Source: Lingula anatina (taxonomy: Eukaryota > Animalia > Brachiopoda). From it: 64,000 bases of DNA. The DNA is taken from the NCBI GenBank assembly GCA_051362555.1, contig CM120646.1, forward strand, positions 3,224,001-3,288,000, given 5' to 3'. Of the stretch, positions 1 through 12,073 are shown piece after piece. Every line of letters begins with the position of its first letter. Position 1 is the stretch's first letter. A program made the translations under genes and the position numbers. Below the pieces are notes generated by a model. The model was not told the origin of the DNA. It made no database searches and was given only the letters and a program-made list of their open reading frames with translations.

Positions 1-1183
1 AATCCCAGCACTGTTAAGGATCCCGCAATAGCTATAAATTGGCGAAGGCTAAGTTTTCCAGCCCGAAACAAAGCCATGAATACAAAGTTACTCAATGAGA
101 TCTTAAACACACAGTACACTGTATAAGGAATCCCTGAAAAACAGAAATGCAAAAAAAAAACTCGAATATATATTTTATACAAAACGAGATAAAAAGGTTA
201 CCCCCTTTAGAATTTAGGAAGAAGAATATATGCATTTGCATTAATAATTCACTACAGCGTACACTTTGGGAAATATATTGTCGTATGGGTGGCAGGCATA
301 ACTCAGGAAAAACAGGGTCAACAGAGTGTCTTTAAGTTTTTACAGGATGGTCCATAAAAATGACCTATTTTACTCCCCATCTCAATTTTGGTGTAATTAA
401 TATATTTCCAACTTTCTTTCACCAAATTATTCCATAAGGATGACAAATTTATCCTTGCAAATTCTGCAGAATTTGGAAACCTTTAAGCTAGTCATAATTT
501 AATCATCATCATTTCATGCCGCACAGACTTTCCTTGGCCACAATACTCGCCAGATGTCAATCCCCCAGATTTCTTCTTTTGGGGGTGCCTTAAGGAAAGA
601 ATCTTTGCTAACAACTCTACACACTTTCAAGACCAACATTCAAAGAAAAGTAAGGTACAGTCCGGCTGACATAATCGCAAGAGTCATTGTCTGTTTCAAT
701 GCCGTTATTCAGCAGCGAAGAGCGTGGATAAAGCATATTTTCAATTATTGAAATTTGACTGGCTTAGATGTTTCCAATTTTTGCAGAATTTGCAAAGATA
801 AAATGGTCATCCTGAAATGATTTGTTGAAAGAAAGTTTGAATATCTTAATTAAATGTATATCAAAATTGAGATGGAAAATAAAATAGGTCTTTTTTATGT
901 ACCACCCTGTGGGTTAGAATTTTCAATAATATGACAAAAATTGGAATGCATTATATCTTTTATATAATTATTTATCGTAAGTAGCAACCCCCCTCTCCCC
1001 TGAAATTACATATACTGAAAGGTTCTCACCAAGCTGCGCAAGGGACGAGTCCGGAAAATATTTATCCTGTCGAAAACATAAGATCATCGTCCCCGAGGAT
1101 GCTTCAATTCCCGCTGAAGACATAAATGATAGAATCGAAATCCCAAGTACCACCCAGCCTCTGTATATATCAGGAAATATCAT
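1..1183 (-). CDS. Partial (5' end) divergent MFS transporter, monocarboxylate transporter (SLC16)-like; gene continues beyond the window's left edge
   Basis: Exon 1183-1030 (MIFPDIYRGWVVLGISILSFMSSAGIEASSGTMILCFRQDKYFPDSSLAQL) ends at the donor G|GTGAGA. It joins in phase to the acceptor TTTTTCAG| and exon 133-1 (GIPYTVYCVFKISLSNFVFMALFRAGKLSLRQFIAIAGSLTVLG...), which has no stop. The PDxxxGWVV motif followed by hydrophobic helices resembles the SLC16 N-terminus (PDGGWGWVV). Family assignment is by motif recall only. Confidence 0.65.
343..909 (+). mobile_element. Tc1/mariner-superfamily deletion derivative with long (~160 bp) imperfect TIRs and a transposase C-terminal remnant, inside the transporter intron
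   Basis: Ends are TA|CAGGATGGTCCATAAAAA ... TTTTTTATGTACCACCCTG|TG. 343-~505 is an imperfect inverted copy of ~750-909. The interior from 526 reads DFPWPQYSPDVNPPDFFFWGCLKERIF, matching the mariner-type WPxxSPDLNPxDFFLWG motif. Confidence 0.85.
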
Positions 1184-2744
1184 CGCTATACCTGAGCAGG
1201 CTACAGATCATTTGACATGTCCATTATAAGAATGTGACAGTTCTTCGTTTTAGAGCTGGTCCGTGTGCTGTCGTTTACTTTTGGATTAATTCTCCAATTG
1301 ATCCCCAAATGAACATTATTTGCCCCAATAAATTTGCTGTTCCTCGCGAAACCTAAATACCTACTTGAGTCATCAATAAAAGCATATTTGCAGTCCAGTG
1401 CAACATTTTCTCTGTACATACTAGGAGCTACCGTTGCCGTTCGAGTTTGATAGTCCTGAACTTCAAAGAGTGATATTCAGGTTTTTATGGATGAATCTAG
1501 ATGGATATAATACACCACTGGAGTGAACATCGTTTTATTCACCTGTTCTTGTAGGAGGCACAGTGTCCTTAATTTAGTGTCAAAGGTTTAAAACCGCTGT
1601 TCAAGACTCGGTGAAATCTTTCCAATATTTGTCGCGCTTCATCTATTTTACTTGTCAGGTTTATAATGAAATTCACAAGTTTTCCGTCCTCTCTTCTGGG
1701 AATATTAACTCAATAAACCCATGAAAATATTAGTAAATGTTCATGTCCTCAAATGTTATGGGGTCGCTGCGTATATACCGTGGATTCAGTCTAGCGAATT
1801 TTTAATTGAGTCCGTTCATCAGACCGTCAATGAAGACTCGCTGTGTGGGGATCGTGTGGGCGGTGTCATATTACTCCTCTTTTGGCCACAGAAGGAGATA
1901 TAGGGTGGATGAGTACAAAGTATAAAAGACGGTTGCACATTTTAAGATTGTGAAATAGGTTGGCTAGCATGGGTAACGACAGGATCGCGAACCAATTTTT
2001 CCTGAAAGCTTAGGCTTTGGCAAAAGATGGAAGCAATAATTTTTTGTACCCATGCCTGTCTTTCACGTTTAAGCTGTTTGCAAAATGGAGCATTTGTTTA
2101 ATGTATTAGTGATTTGTGTAGAGCAATTTCATTAGCTTTGTTATTGTAATAGACTTGTGAAGATTCTTATGTCTATAGCTACTTATATTTGTCTGGTCTT
2201 ACCAGCCAATATTTCGTCTGCTTGCAGTCAGACTTCATCAGGGAATGAATTTGGGATGGATGTGACCATCTATCACCCCCTCTGGAGTGCTGTTAAGAAA
2301 CGTAATAAAAAAACCGGCCCTCAGCCAACACCAGGAACAGCCGGGGAATTGTATAACACCAACAACCCTAGAAGATATTAAATCTTGGAGACAGACCCAC
2401 GTGACCTACAGCCTAAACTTCTTGAAGCGATTAATATCCCCTTACAGTACTGCCAAGGTTCAATCTTTCCTATTTATATGATCGCACGGAAATGATGTTG
2501 ACACTGTTTGGTGACACGTTTTATTTATGTTAAACGATGCAATGAAACCGAAGCCGTGTGACGGCAATGGTTATCCATTAGAAACCGCGGTCCGTTCCCG
2601 ATTGCGACTGATTTCCGATACAGGTGAGCAGACAAGCGAAAGAAAAGAAAGAAAGACGAACACGAGACGAACGGAATCAACACCCCAACTTCAGGTCAAT
2701 AATTTAGTTATGATTTCGTCTGTCACATATTGCTTGATAATCCC

Positions 2745-2833
2745 CTAGCCTGTCGGTGAATAGCTACCCCGGTACTAAGGTAATTTTCCCTTCAATTTCT
2801 ACCTGTCGTAAATAAAACGTATTGTATTGTATT
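2745..2833 (+). repeat. Fragment of a dispersed repeat ending in AATAAA + (ATTGT)n; homologous to the sequence split by the nested insertion at 43562-45402
   Basis: GTCGGTGAATAGCT...TTCAATTTCTACCTGTCGTAAATAAAACGTATTGTATTGT resembles GTCGGCGAATAGCT (43565) plus TTCAATTTATACCTGACATGAAATAAAATTTATTGTATTGT (45351). Confidence 0.55.
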
Positions 2834-3211
2834 TTATAGTAAATCTTAAATGCACCTTCTACCTAGATGGTTGAATAATCTTTAATCGACGAATACGCAA
2901 TTTGACTTTTCTTAACAACCGACCCCTTGCTTTGTGTGTGTGATACAGGTGTACACTCTCACCTGAGCGATATACAGGTATGCCAGAATTCTCTGAGTAT
3001 GCGCGAATGGTGTTTAGGACATATATCCTGAAAGGCTGGCGATGTATTATCTGACATATGCACCGGGAGAAAATAAGTCGCATTTCCCTGAAAAACGCCC
3101 CTATATCGCCACGGTCACATTACATCTCTATATATGTAAAGTTTTACATTTTAGATAAGAATATATCACTATACAATTGACCAAAAATGTCCATTATATA
3201 CGATTACTATA

Positions 3212-4602
3212 GGGGAGACCGGGGCACGTTCGGCCCCTTTTCCTTTGATCGGTTGTAGTTCAGCTGTTTGACGACGAATCTCAATGATGTGTTTTGAGTA
3301 GATAGACTGCTAAATTTCCTTTTTTATACATTGGTCAAATGTAAAGAAGACCTTGCGTTTTTAAGAAATTTAACATGAAATAAATTTCCAACACGTGGCC
3401 GAACGTGCCCCGGCCTGGGGCACGTTCGGCCACTCGATGGAGCACGTTCGGCCTGCAAATTCAAATACTTTCCTACCGATTTCTTTTATTTCCATTTCAC
3501 ATGAATACCTTAAAAATAGGTGTTTTGGTGCTAAACAGTGACGATATACTTGAAATAAGTAATATAGTTAGGTTTTAGAAAGATATGTAGGCCTAATTGA
3601 AATTGTTTGTTTGGTACATGTTTGTCCTGGAACTACATATATTGAACTTCTATTTTTTAATGCATAGGTCTTTATACTTCTCATGTATATCAATTACAGA
3701 ACATGAAGGAACCGACCTACGTCAGTTTTGAAACCCCACATTTAATCCAACGGGAAAACTTTCTAATATTTGAAACCCAACAAAGCATTCAAACGCAAAA
3801 CATCAACTTTAATCACAAAGAACATATTAACATACACAATTTGTTTGAAATAATGTCACGTTAAGGAAATATTTAAAAAAAAAAACTAGATAACAACTCC
3901 AGTGATCTTTAAACAATGTTAATATTTCCGGCCAGATGCCATAGTGTTTCTCTGGAAAATATAAGTTAATGATATGTACATGTATTAAATATTTGAATTA
4001 AAGGCTTCATGCGTGGTTGAAAAAACGCGACAATTAAAATGTGAAGATACAAGCTTAAGTTTTAACCCCATTAATGGCGCTGAAATGTCAGCATATAACA
4101 AACTTTTTGGGCTTAAAAATAATAATTTTTAGGTCAAGTCTTTCGCCAAAGCCACGGGGCACGTTCGGCCCCAGGCCGAACGTACACAACCCAGGGGCCG
4201 AATGTGCCCCACCTTGAGGGGCCGAACTTGCCCCAAGTCTGCATTCCGAATGTATGTTACCATAGCAACATAATTAAGAAGACGACATTGTGGTGCCATA
4301 CCTCATTTAAATTGGCTTTCTATATGCTCTTATATTATAATGCATTGGTGACAGTAAGTCAACTAATTAATGCTAAAGTAGACCCAAATTAAAAAAACCC
4401 GTAAAAAATTTAACCCGTGAAAAATAAGTCTTTCAATCATATCTTCCGAACGGAGTGCACCACAGAAGCCTTATTTTTGTAGGACCCGCTAAATAGATCA
4501 AGTGACACGTAAAGGGGTCGCTGCTGGACCAAAAGTGTTAATTGTGGAAAATACGAGTGAAAGCCGAACGTGCCCCGGGGCCGAACGTGCCCCGGTCTCC
4601 CC
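3212..4602. mobile_element. Non-autonomous TIR DNA transposon with TA target-site duplication (Tc1/mariner/pogo-like)
   Basis: Perfect ~26-bp TIR: TA|GGGGAGACCGGGGCACGTTCGGCCCC ... GGGGCCGAACGTGCCCCGGTCTCCCC|TA. About ten copies of the GGCCGAACGTGCCCC motif lie near 3222, 3397-3452, 4156-4233 and 4563-4593. No transposase ORF. Confidence 0.9.
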
Positions 4603-5871
4603 TACAATTATTAGGCAATAGCCTTTTTGTCAAATAAGTGCTAGAAACATTAAAGGTTATGCAAATATTGGTTTCAGTTACTAAGTAAATTCGAACTAAA
4701 TTAATTAATAGTTTCCCCCACAAAATGCTTTGTAAGTAATACTAGTACTCTGACATGTTTGAAAGTTTTGAAACGTAAGTTGACTTCGTGTAATAAAGTT
4801 CAAATGTGTGAGTGCTTAAAAAGGATAAACTTAAAAAAAAAAGTATAATCCTAGAAAACGTAGGACGTATTAAGATACTTCATATAGTAGCCTATATTAC
4901 CACTTCATAGGATAAGAATACTACTTCATGATAGAAGGCACTTCATTGGTTAAAAAATAAGGACTTCATAGTATATTACCAGTATATTACCAAACAACAC
5001 GAATAATATCACAGCAATTCCCAGTACAATCCAGACTCTGTAAATACCAGGCGCAGTCATTATTGTGCGTAATTTCTTAATAATACCCAACCTTAAAGTA
5101 AAGTTTTTATCAAAACTTAGGATGCTAATAATAATAATAATAATAATAATTTTTTAATTTCTTATATAGCATATTCTATTTTCATACATTCCAGTGCGCC
5201 TTGCAATTAAAAAATATTTTTTTCAATTACAGAACTAAAATAGCCTATAGGCTTAATATAAAAGTTTAAGAAACATTAAGGCAATTTGTTCCACAGTTTT
5301 GGGGGGATAAACAACAATAAAAATCCTGTTTCCATAAATGTGTTACGCTGTCACAGTGGTTGAGTGTAAAATTGCTATGATAATAGGCCTATATAGTTTG
5401 CCTTTGTGGTTCAAACTGACGCGTAGGGTTGGCAATGTAACTTGGTGTATTTTCTTAAATATAATTCTTAAATACAAGCATCGAATACAGACTTTAAATA
5501 AAACTCTTTGTCTACTTGGTAACTGTCATGAAGCTCTTTTAAGACTGGATTAATATATTATGTTCCAAACTTTGCATGAATTTTATCTTTGAATTAATTT
5601 ACTTGCACTCATTCCAAAGAGTCATACATGCATTAAAGAATACAAAAGTTCTGGTCTGGTCTTGTTCTTTGGAAAGTGCGTATCCATTTTGGGCCTATAG
5701 CTAATTTCTGGAATCGGCCTTAGCACTGATCATTGAAAAACCTTTAGAGCGGAAGATCCGCAGCGAAATGTCAATGCTCTATTTTTAACTTCTCTGTCTG
5801 GTCTAAATCTAGGTCATGGGTTTAAGGTCAATTTGGCGTCATCATGGGATTTCCTCTTGTTCACAACAATC

Positions 5872-8800
5872 ATGGCGACGTGTAAGTGCTCTTCTAAAAC
5901 ATTTCGTTTTGTATGCTAGCTGGCCCGGGAATGACTATTTTATCAGCTCATGCAATGAACTAAATGTTAAACCAAGGTTGTACTAGAGCATTAATAACAG
6001 GAAACAAACAACTGAGCTGTCGCAGCTAGATAGAGTATCCTACATGTACATGTAACTCTCTCAGAATTAAACTCCCTTGAATTAAAAGTTGAACCAAGCA
6101 CTGGTACCAGTAGTATGGTATTACTAGTATCAGTAAAAATAAATGCTGAAGTTCTCATGGCCGTCTAGCTTTCAGATTAGGCCTCATTCAGCTTGCAGTT
6201 GGAGCATCGAAGGCTGACAACATTGCCAGAGCTGTGAGGTCCATCAAAGAGGCCGCCAGTGGAGGGGCCAAGATTGTCGCTTTGCCTGTATGTGCATGAC
6301 GCTGCTGCAGGGGTAGTCAGGGGGTGGGTGGGGGTTTGCTGGGAGAAGGGTGAATCAGGAGGAGTGGTGCCTGAATAAAGATAGTGGAGAGTTGTGGGTA
6401 GGCAGGTAGGGGTGGGGTTGTCTAGCACATTGGGTGGTGGCCGGGGTACAACAAAATACTAGTATATCTTTTATACGTAGTTATATAACTAGTGGTGCAA
6501 ATAGTGAAGTGGGGGAGAGTGTTGTTGCTGTTTGAGCATATCTAGAAGATATGTGCACACTTGAGCGAGTATATATACTAGTACAGTGTGTATATTATAA
6601 AAGGAGGTTTAGATGAGGGAATCCTTGTATTACGTACTTGTACTGTGCATTGATGTTTTTCGCCTAAACATGCCTACATAACTTTTGAAAATTGTACAAA
6701 AATGTATATATATTTCAACATGTTTCTAAACTCAAGAATTTTTTTTATGATTCATTGATTTGCATATTCCAGGAATGTTTTAACTCTCCATATGGTACCA
6801 GTTATTTCCCAGAATATGCAGAGAAGATACCCGGAGAGTCGACCAATGCCTTGGCAGCTGCTGCCAAGGAGAGCAAAGTATTCTTAGTCGGAGGTAAGTT
6901 TAATGATGGCTCTTAATCAGGTCCAACAGGACAGTCTCTGATCAAGAGAGAGATAGCTAGAAAAACAAGGGAAAGTTAATTCTGAAGTTGCAGGCTTTTG
7001 TATGAATTTATCATTATTCTTTTTACAAAATTTCGAGAGCATGTGCTTGCATCACATCATGTATGAATTCAAAAATCAAATAAGTATACAGTGTTACAGT
7101 AATTATGGAAAAATGCATTATTTTTTTCTTTATGTTATCTTGGCAACGCCAATTTTCATTTCAGATGCTAATATACCAGCACCAGTGCCTAGCTTAAATT
7201 TAAAAAGGACATACCTTATTGAATGCTATAAAGTGTATCTTTCACGTTGATATGGAACTGTGTATTCCAGCAACATTCTTTAACTTTCTGCATATTTGTG
7301 TCCATACATGTGCAGCAGCAACATCTTTACGGCTGTTTGAAAGACTGTGTGAAATTCTGCATACTACATGATTTGTCTAAATGCTTTTTGCCATTGCTTG
7401 GTTTTCTGCAGCAGAATATTCTTGTTGTATTATTTGTGTCAGGATCTATCCCTGAAGAAGATGGGGGAAAGTTTTACAACACTTGCACTGTGTTCAACCC
7501 AGCTGGTGAAATGGTGGCCAAACACAGAAAGGTGGAGCCATGTTTTTTTTTTCTTTTTTTTTTTTTTAGTTGTAGTCTCTATGTTCTTTATTTAACTCTT
7601 TTGATTTTGGATTTGTAGAGTGATAGAGTAGCATGAGCTTTATATCAGTTTTTTGTATTTGAATTTGGATTTGTTGGTTCACTGTGTACAAAGTTCATTA
7701 CAAATTTGTTGAAAATTGAGGCAGGACAAAATGTGGGAAATATTTATAATATATGTAAGCTTTGTTGTGCATTTGAAAATTGGTGCCTGACAAAAGCCTG
7801 ATATGTTCATAATTAAAAATAAAACAAAAAAGCTAATCTGTGCTGTTGGCATGGAATTAATAATGATTTGCTGCAGTTACATTAGCAGCATTGAGGTTGA
7901 GGCTTTAATGCATAAATTATTAATATACTATGTATACAAATTAATCAATACACATTAAGTCATAAATATAATGTTATGAGAACTTATGAGATTTGAAAAA
8001 ATCAGTCACCATTATCTTTTTTTGTTTTCAACTTAAAGGTGTCATTCAGATAAGCTTTAATTTGTAAGTTTTGTTGTGCAATTTGATTTTGCTGAATGTT
8101 GCCTGTACATTTTACAAAATTTTGTGTTCAAGTTAGAAAGTTGTAATAATTTCATTCTAGATCCATCTGTTTGACATAGATGTTCCTGGGAAGATAAGAT
8201 TCCAGGAATCTGAAATTTTGTCACCTGGAAATAGTTTTACAACTTTTGAAACACGTAAGTGGGATATAATTACTTAATATCAGTGTTTTCTTTCTTTTGC
8301 TAATTTGCTTTTATTTAAGTGAGTTTATCCTACTGCAGAAATGGTGAAAAGTCTACAACTTTTTCAGAATTTTTCTTGTTTACCAAAAGTAAAGGTGGCA
8401 TATGAATTAACAGAAATAGAGTGATAATATACAAACAGCATTTTGCTAAATTTGTTCATCATTTCTCTTTTCAGCATTTTGCAAGATCGGCATTGGTATA
8501 TGCTATGACATAAGGTTTGCAGAACTGGCACAGATTTATGCCAAAAGGGGTTTGTATTTTCAGTTTACATAAAGAAGTTGAAAGAATAAGAGATTTTAAT
8601 ATAGGTTTGGTTTTATTTGTGATTGGAAACAAATTCTTTATTTAGATTATAAGGAAGTTTTTGACATTGAATGTGAAAACCAAGCTTTTAATGCAGGTTA
8701 AAAAAGGTTCTCTACTGTTCGAATTCAAAGGACATAAATGAATAGATTTATTAATTTGCATTAGGAACGCTAGTTTTTGTGAAGTGTGGAAAATGAACTG

Positions 8801-10230
8801 TCGATGAAGTGATGTTATGCATCTTATTTAACGGAAGACATTTTTACTGAAGAAAAGTAAATACATGTTAATTACAATGGTGAATGTCAGATTATGTTTC
8901 TTTTTAATTTTTTTTTTCTATTAAGGTTGTAAACTGATAATTTACCCTGGTGCATTTAATATGACCACTGGTCCCGCACACTGGGAGATCCTGCAACGAG
9001 CACGTGCTCTGGACAACCAGCTCTTTGTTGCGACAGTGTCCCCAGCACGAGACGAAAAAGCCACGTATGTTGCTTGGGGACACAGCACAGTGGTTGATCC
9101 TTGGTAAGACGCAATTGCCACAGTATCACATCTAACGCAATGTGGTCAGAAATGTTGAATGTTGAAAGTTAAATACGAAGTGATTCTATAATAACTACTA
9201 TTTCTTTAAACTTGATAACACATCGAACACACTGTGCATCAGAATGCCTGTGACAACAGAGTTGCTGAGTTTTTATACAAGGTAACACTATAACAACCTG
9301 CACCCTCCCTTTTAACTGGAAGTCACATCTCATGCCTGTAGCCAGCAATTTCCAAAGGAGGGTTCTTTTTCTGAAAAAGTGGATCTTTTCCCATAAAAAT
9401 TTCATGTACCTAGATCAAATTTTACCCAAAGTGGACCTTTTCCCAGCAAAAGGGGTGGTTATTTCAAACCCCCCGAACCCCCCTGGCTATGGGCCTGCAT
9501 ATAACACTGTAGATTTGTCAATTTTATACATTGACATGATCAGAATTTTTTTACAATGGCATGGTTAATCTAACAGGATGCAGTGGACAGAGATATGCTC
9601 ACAATAAAATAATCCTGTTGCTTCTTATGTTGTTGTACAGTAATCACCTATTGACAATATTGGTCCATACATAGATCAGGTTTTTTTTAAGAAAGTGTTC
9701 AATATTCCTTATCTAACTATGCATATGTTATCAAGTTGATCTATCTGTATAACAAAAAGGAATTTGTTTTCTAATGATGCATTTCTTTTTTTCAAGGGGG
9801 AGTGTTGTGGAGACAACTGAACATGAAGAAAAGATTTTATTAGTGGATATAGGTAAATGACTCATCTTGTTAAAATATATGATTATTATAGTTAAGTATA
9901 ACTTTCACATAGTATTATGCATTTAAATTGATTTTAGTTGTTTCTTCTGTATATCAGTTGGGATTCCAGGCCAACTGCAACATTCCATCTACAATTTCTT
10001 CATAAAAAAAAAAGTTACCAATAAAAGCTGAATCACCAATACTGGCCAGAACCATTACGTAATAAAATCATCTATAGCTACATTTTGTACTCCAATCTCT
10101 TAGTTTAACAAATAATATATATTTATTAAAATAATAATAAAAGTTATAATGAAGAAGAAGAAATTAGAAAAAAAGTTCAGTTGTATAATAATTATTTATA
10201 TTTGTACTGACCATGTCAGCCATAAGATTC

Positions 10231-10275
<45 letters not shown>

Positions 10276-10405
10276 GTGGTATTAATCAGTTTCATGTTAA
10301 TACCACCTCATATTTTCAGACCTGAATAAAATGGAAGAGGTCCGTACCTCCATACCTCTCACAGTGCAGAGAAGAAAGGACATGTATGACGTGAAGGAAG
10401 TTTGA
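5872..10405 (+). CDS. NIT2: Omega-amidase NIT2 (nitrilase superfamily), 9 coding exons
   Basis: Exons 5872-5881, 6169-6287, 6773-6893, 7443-7531, 8161-8254, 8475-8549, 8926-9103, 9797-9852, 10320-10405; all GT-AG and in frame. Protein: [15 protein letters not shown]...[11 protein letters not shown]...[21 protein letters not shown]...[13 protein letters not shown]...[15 protein letters not shown]. The Glu-Lys-Cys catalytic triad is intact. Confidence 0.96.
9331..9497. mobile_element. Short MITE-like element in NIT2 intron 7
   Basis: Imperfect terminal inverted repeats CATGCCTGTAGCCAG ... CTGGCTATGGGCCTG with a subterminal CCCCCGAACCCCC. No clear target-site duplication. Confidence 0.55.
10233..10273. 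repeat. (CA)n microsatellite in the last NIT2 intron
   Basis: About 20 uninterrupted CA units. Confidence 0.95.
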
Positions 10406-12073
10406 GTGGTTTGGTGGATGAACAGAGGACCAAGATGGACAGAACTAGGGATGTGAATAAAGAATGGAAAAAAGTGAACTTCAAAGCATTTAAAATGATG
10501 TTCACAGTGCAATACTGTAATATTTTTTATCGAGAATTTCCACCATTACCCCCAACCTTAATCACTAATACCAGTGTGCTCTTCTGCTGTTTTGCAGTAT
10601 TTACATGGTAACCATTGGTGTGGTCAACAAATTACGATGTAGAAAGTGAAAAATGTTTTACAGATCATATGAACTGACTTTGCCATGATTGTGCATGAAG
10701 TATCTGTTATGTGGTATTGTAAAACATGATTTTATTGATTATGCAAAAATTTGACCATTCCAATACAATATTAGTGGGAGTGAAAAGGGGGTGTACAAGA
10801 TTTATATCTGTATTTTTTGATAGAAAAAAAAGGTACAGACAGAAAAAATGGTACACTTGAGAAATATTTTCCCTTCACTTCATATTTCCCAATTATTCTT
10901 AAAGGGCATTCATTCAGATGAGGCCAAATTGTCACTGTCCTCCCCAGCTCTTGCCACTTTTATAATTATAATCTAATTTTCAATTAAAAAAATTGATAAG
11001 AAATATACTGCTCTCTTTTTTTTCACAACTGAGACATGAATGGATGATGTTATAAATAATTACTCATTAGCAAGTGTCATATAACATTCTATCACCTTTA
11101 ACATTATGATATTACTACTGGTAATTTTAATCATTGTGGTGCTCTTTGTTTAAATTGGTTAAACAGTAATTTTTTTCTTTGGTTGAAGAATAGAGGATAT
11201 TGTTTTATTGAATAAAATGTAATGGCATGGATAATATGTAAATGAACAAAGGGCTCTACAATCTTTACAAAAAATGTGCCATGTGCAGACTTTTACAGAA
11301 GGAAATCTTTATACTCCAGATCATTTGTGCAATTCTGTAACATCCAAACAGATTTCCCATAATGTGATATAGCTATCAGAAATATCATATATGTATAATA
11401 AATATATTTTTGTGACCTTAATAAATGTAATAAAACATGTATTATACAAATGGATAAAATGAATTAAATAAATGATTTTAAAGTAATTTATTACAACTAT
11501 TTTTTGAAAAAAATAAGGAATCTAGATTCCATTGGTTTCAGTCTTAAACTACTAAACTAGTTCAAGTGATTTACAGATGCAAGTATCCAGAAGATTCCGA
11601 ACATCTCTATCCAATAATTCAATAGATGGGTTTTATCAAGTATTTATTATAACATCTAAGAAGGTAATCCTGACAATTTCGTCACATGTAAAAGAACAAT
11701 ATAAATTGTTCCCATTTCCTGTAAAATGCACTTGAACACACGCAACGTTTTTTCTATCCATTATCCAGGTGCTTCAATCCTTTCTTCACAAGTACTTTGA
11801 AGCCGTCAACCATTTCAGCTATTTTTATGATCATGGTCATTGGTGTGGGCCATTTTGCCTGCGTAAGACTCTCAAGACTGTTGACAGGTTGAGTGAGTTG
11901 GGCACTTACTTCACCTATAATTTCCCCTGCATTTACTATACTCGTCAAGCCCCAGTGCGAAGGATGGTTCGTCCCATCTTTTCTCTCCCTTAGATTAAGA
12001 GCCTGACCTTCTAAATATCACTCCTACATTTAGCCTATAAACATATCCGAGACTCGGTGGAACAAAACAGTGT

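Noticed and set aside
5816-5881. Upstream ATG giving [22 protein letters not shown], resembling a mitochondrial targeting peptide for NIT2
   Set aside because: Out of frame with the NIT2 ATG. The only in-frame rescue acceptor (6192) would delete the conserved first beta-strand FRLGLIQ.
11754-11948. 64-aa ORF downstream of the BUD13 TGA, considered as readthrough or a second cistron
   Set aside because: It starts at TTG, readthrough of the BUD13 stop hits TAG after 12 codons, no SECIS or readthrough motif is evident, and no homology was recognised.
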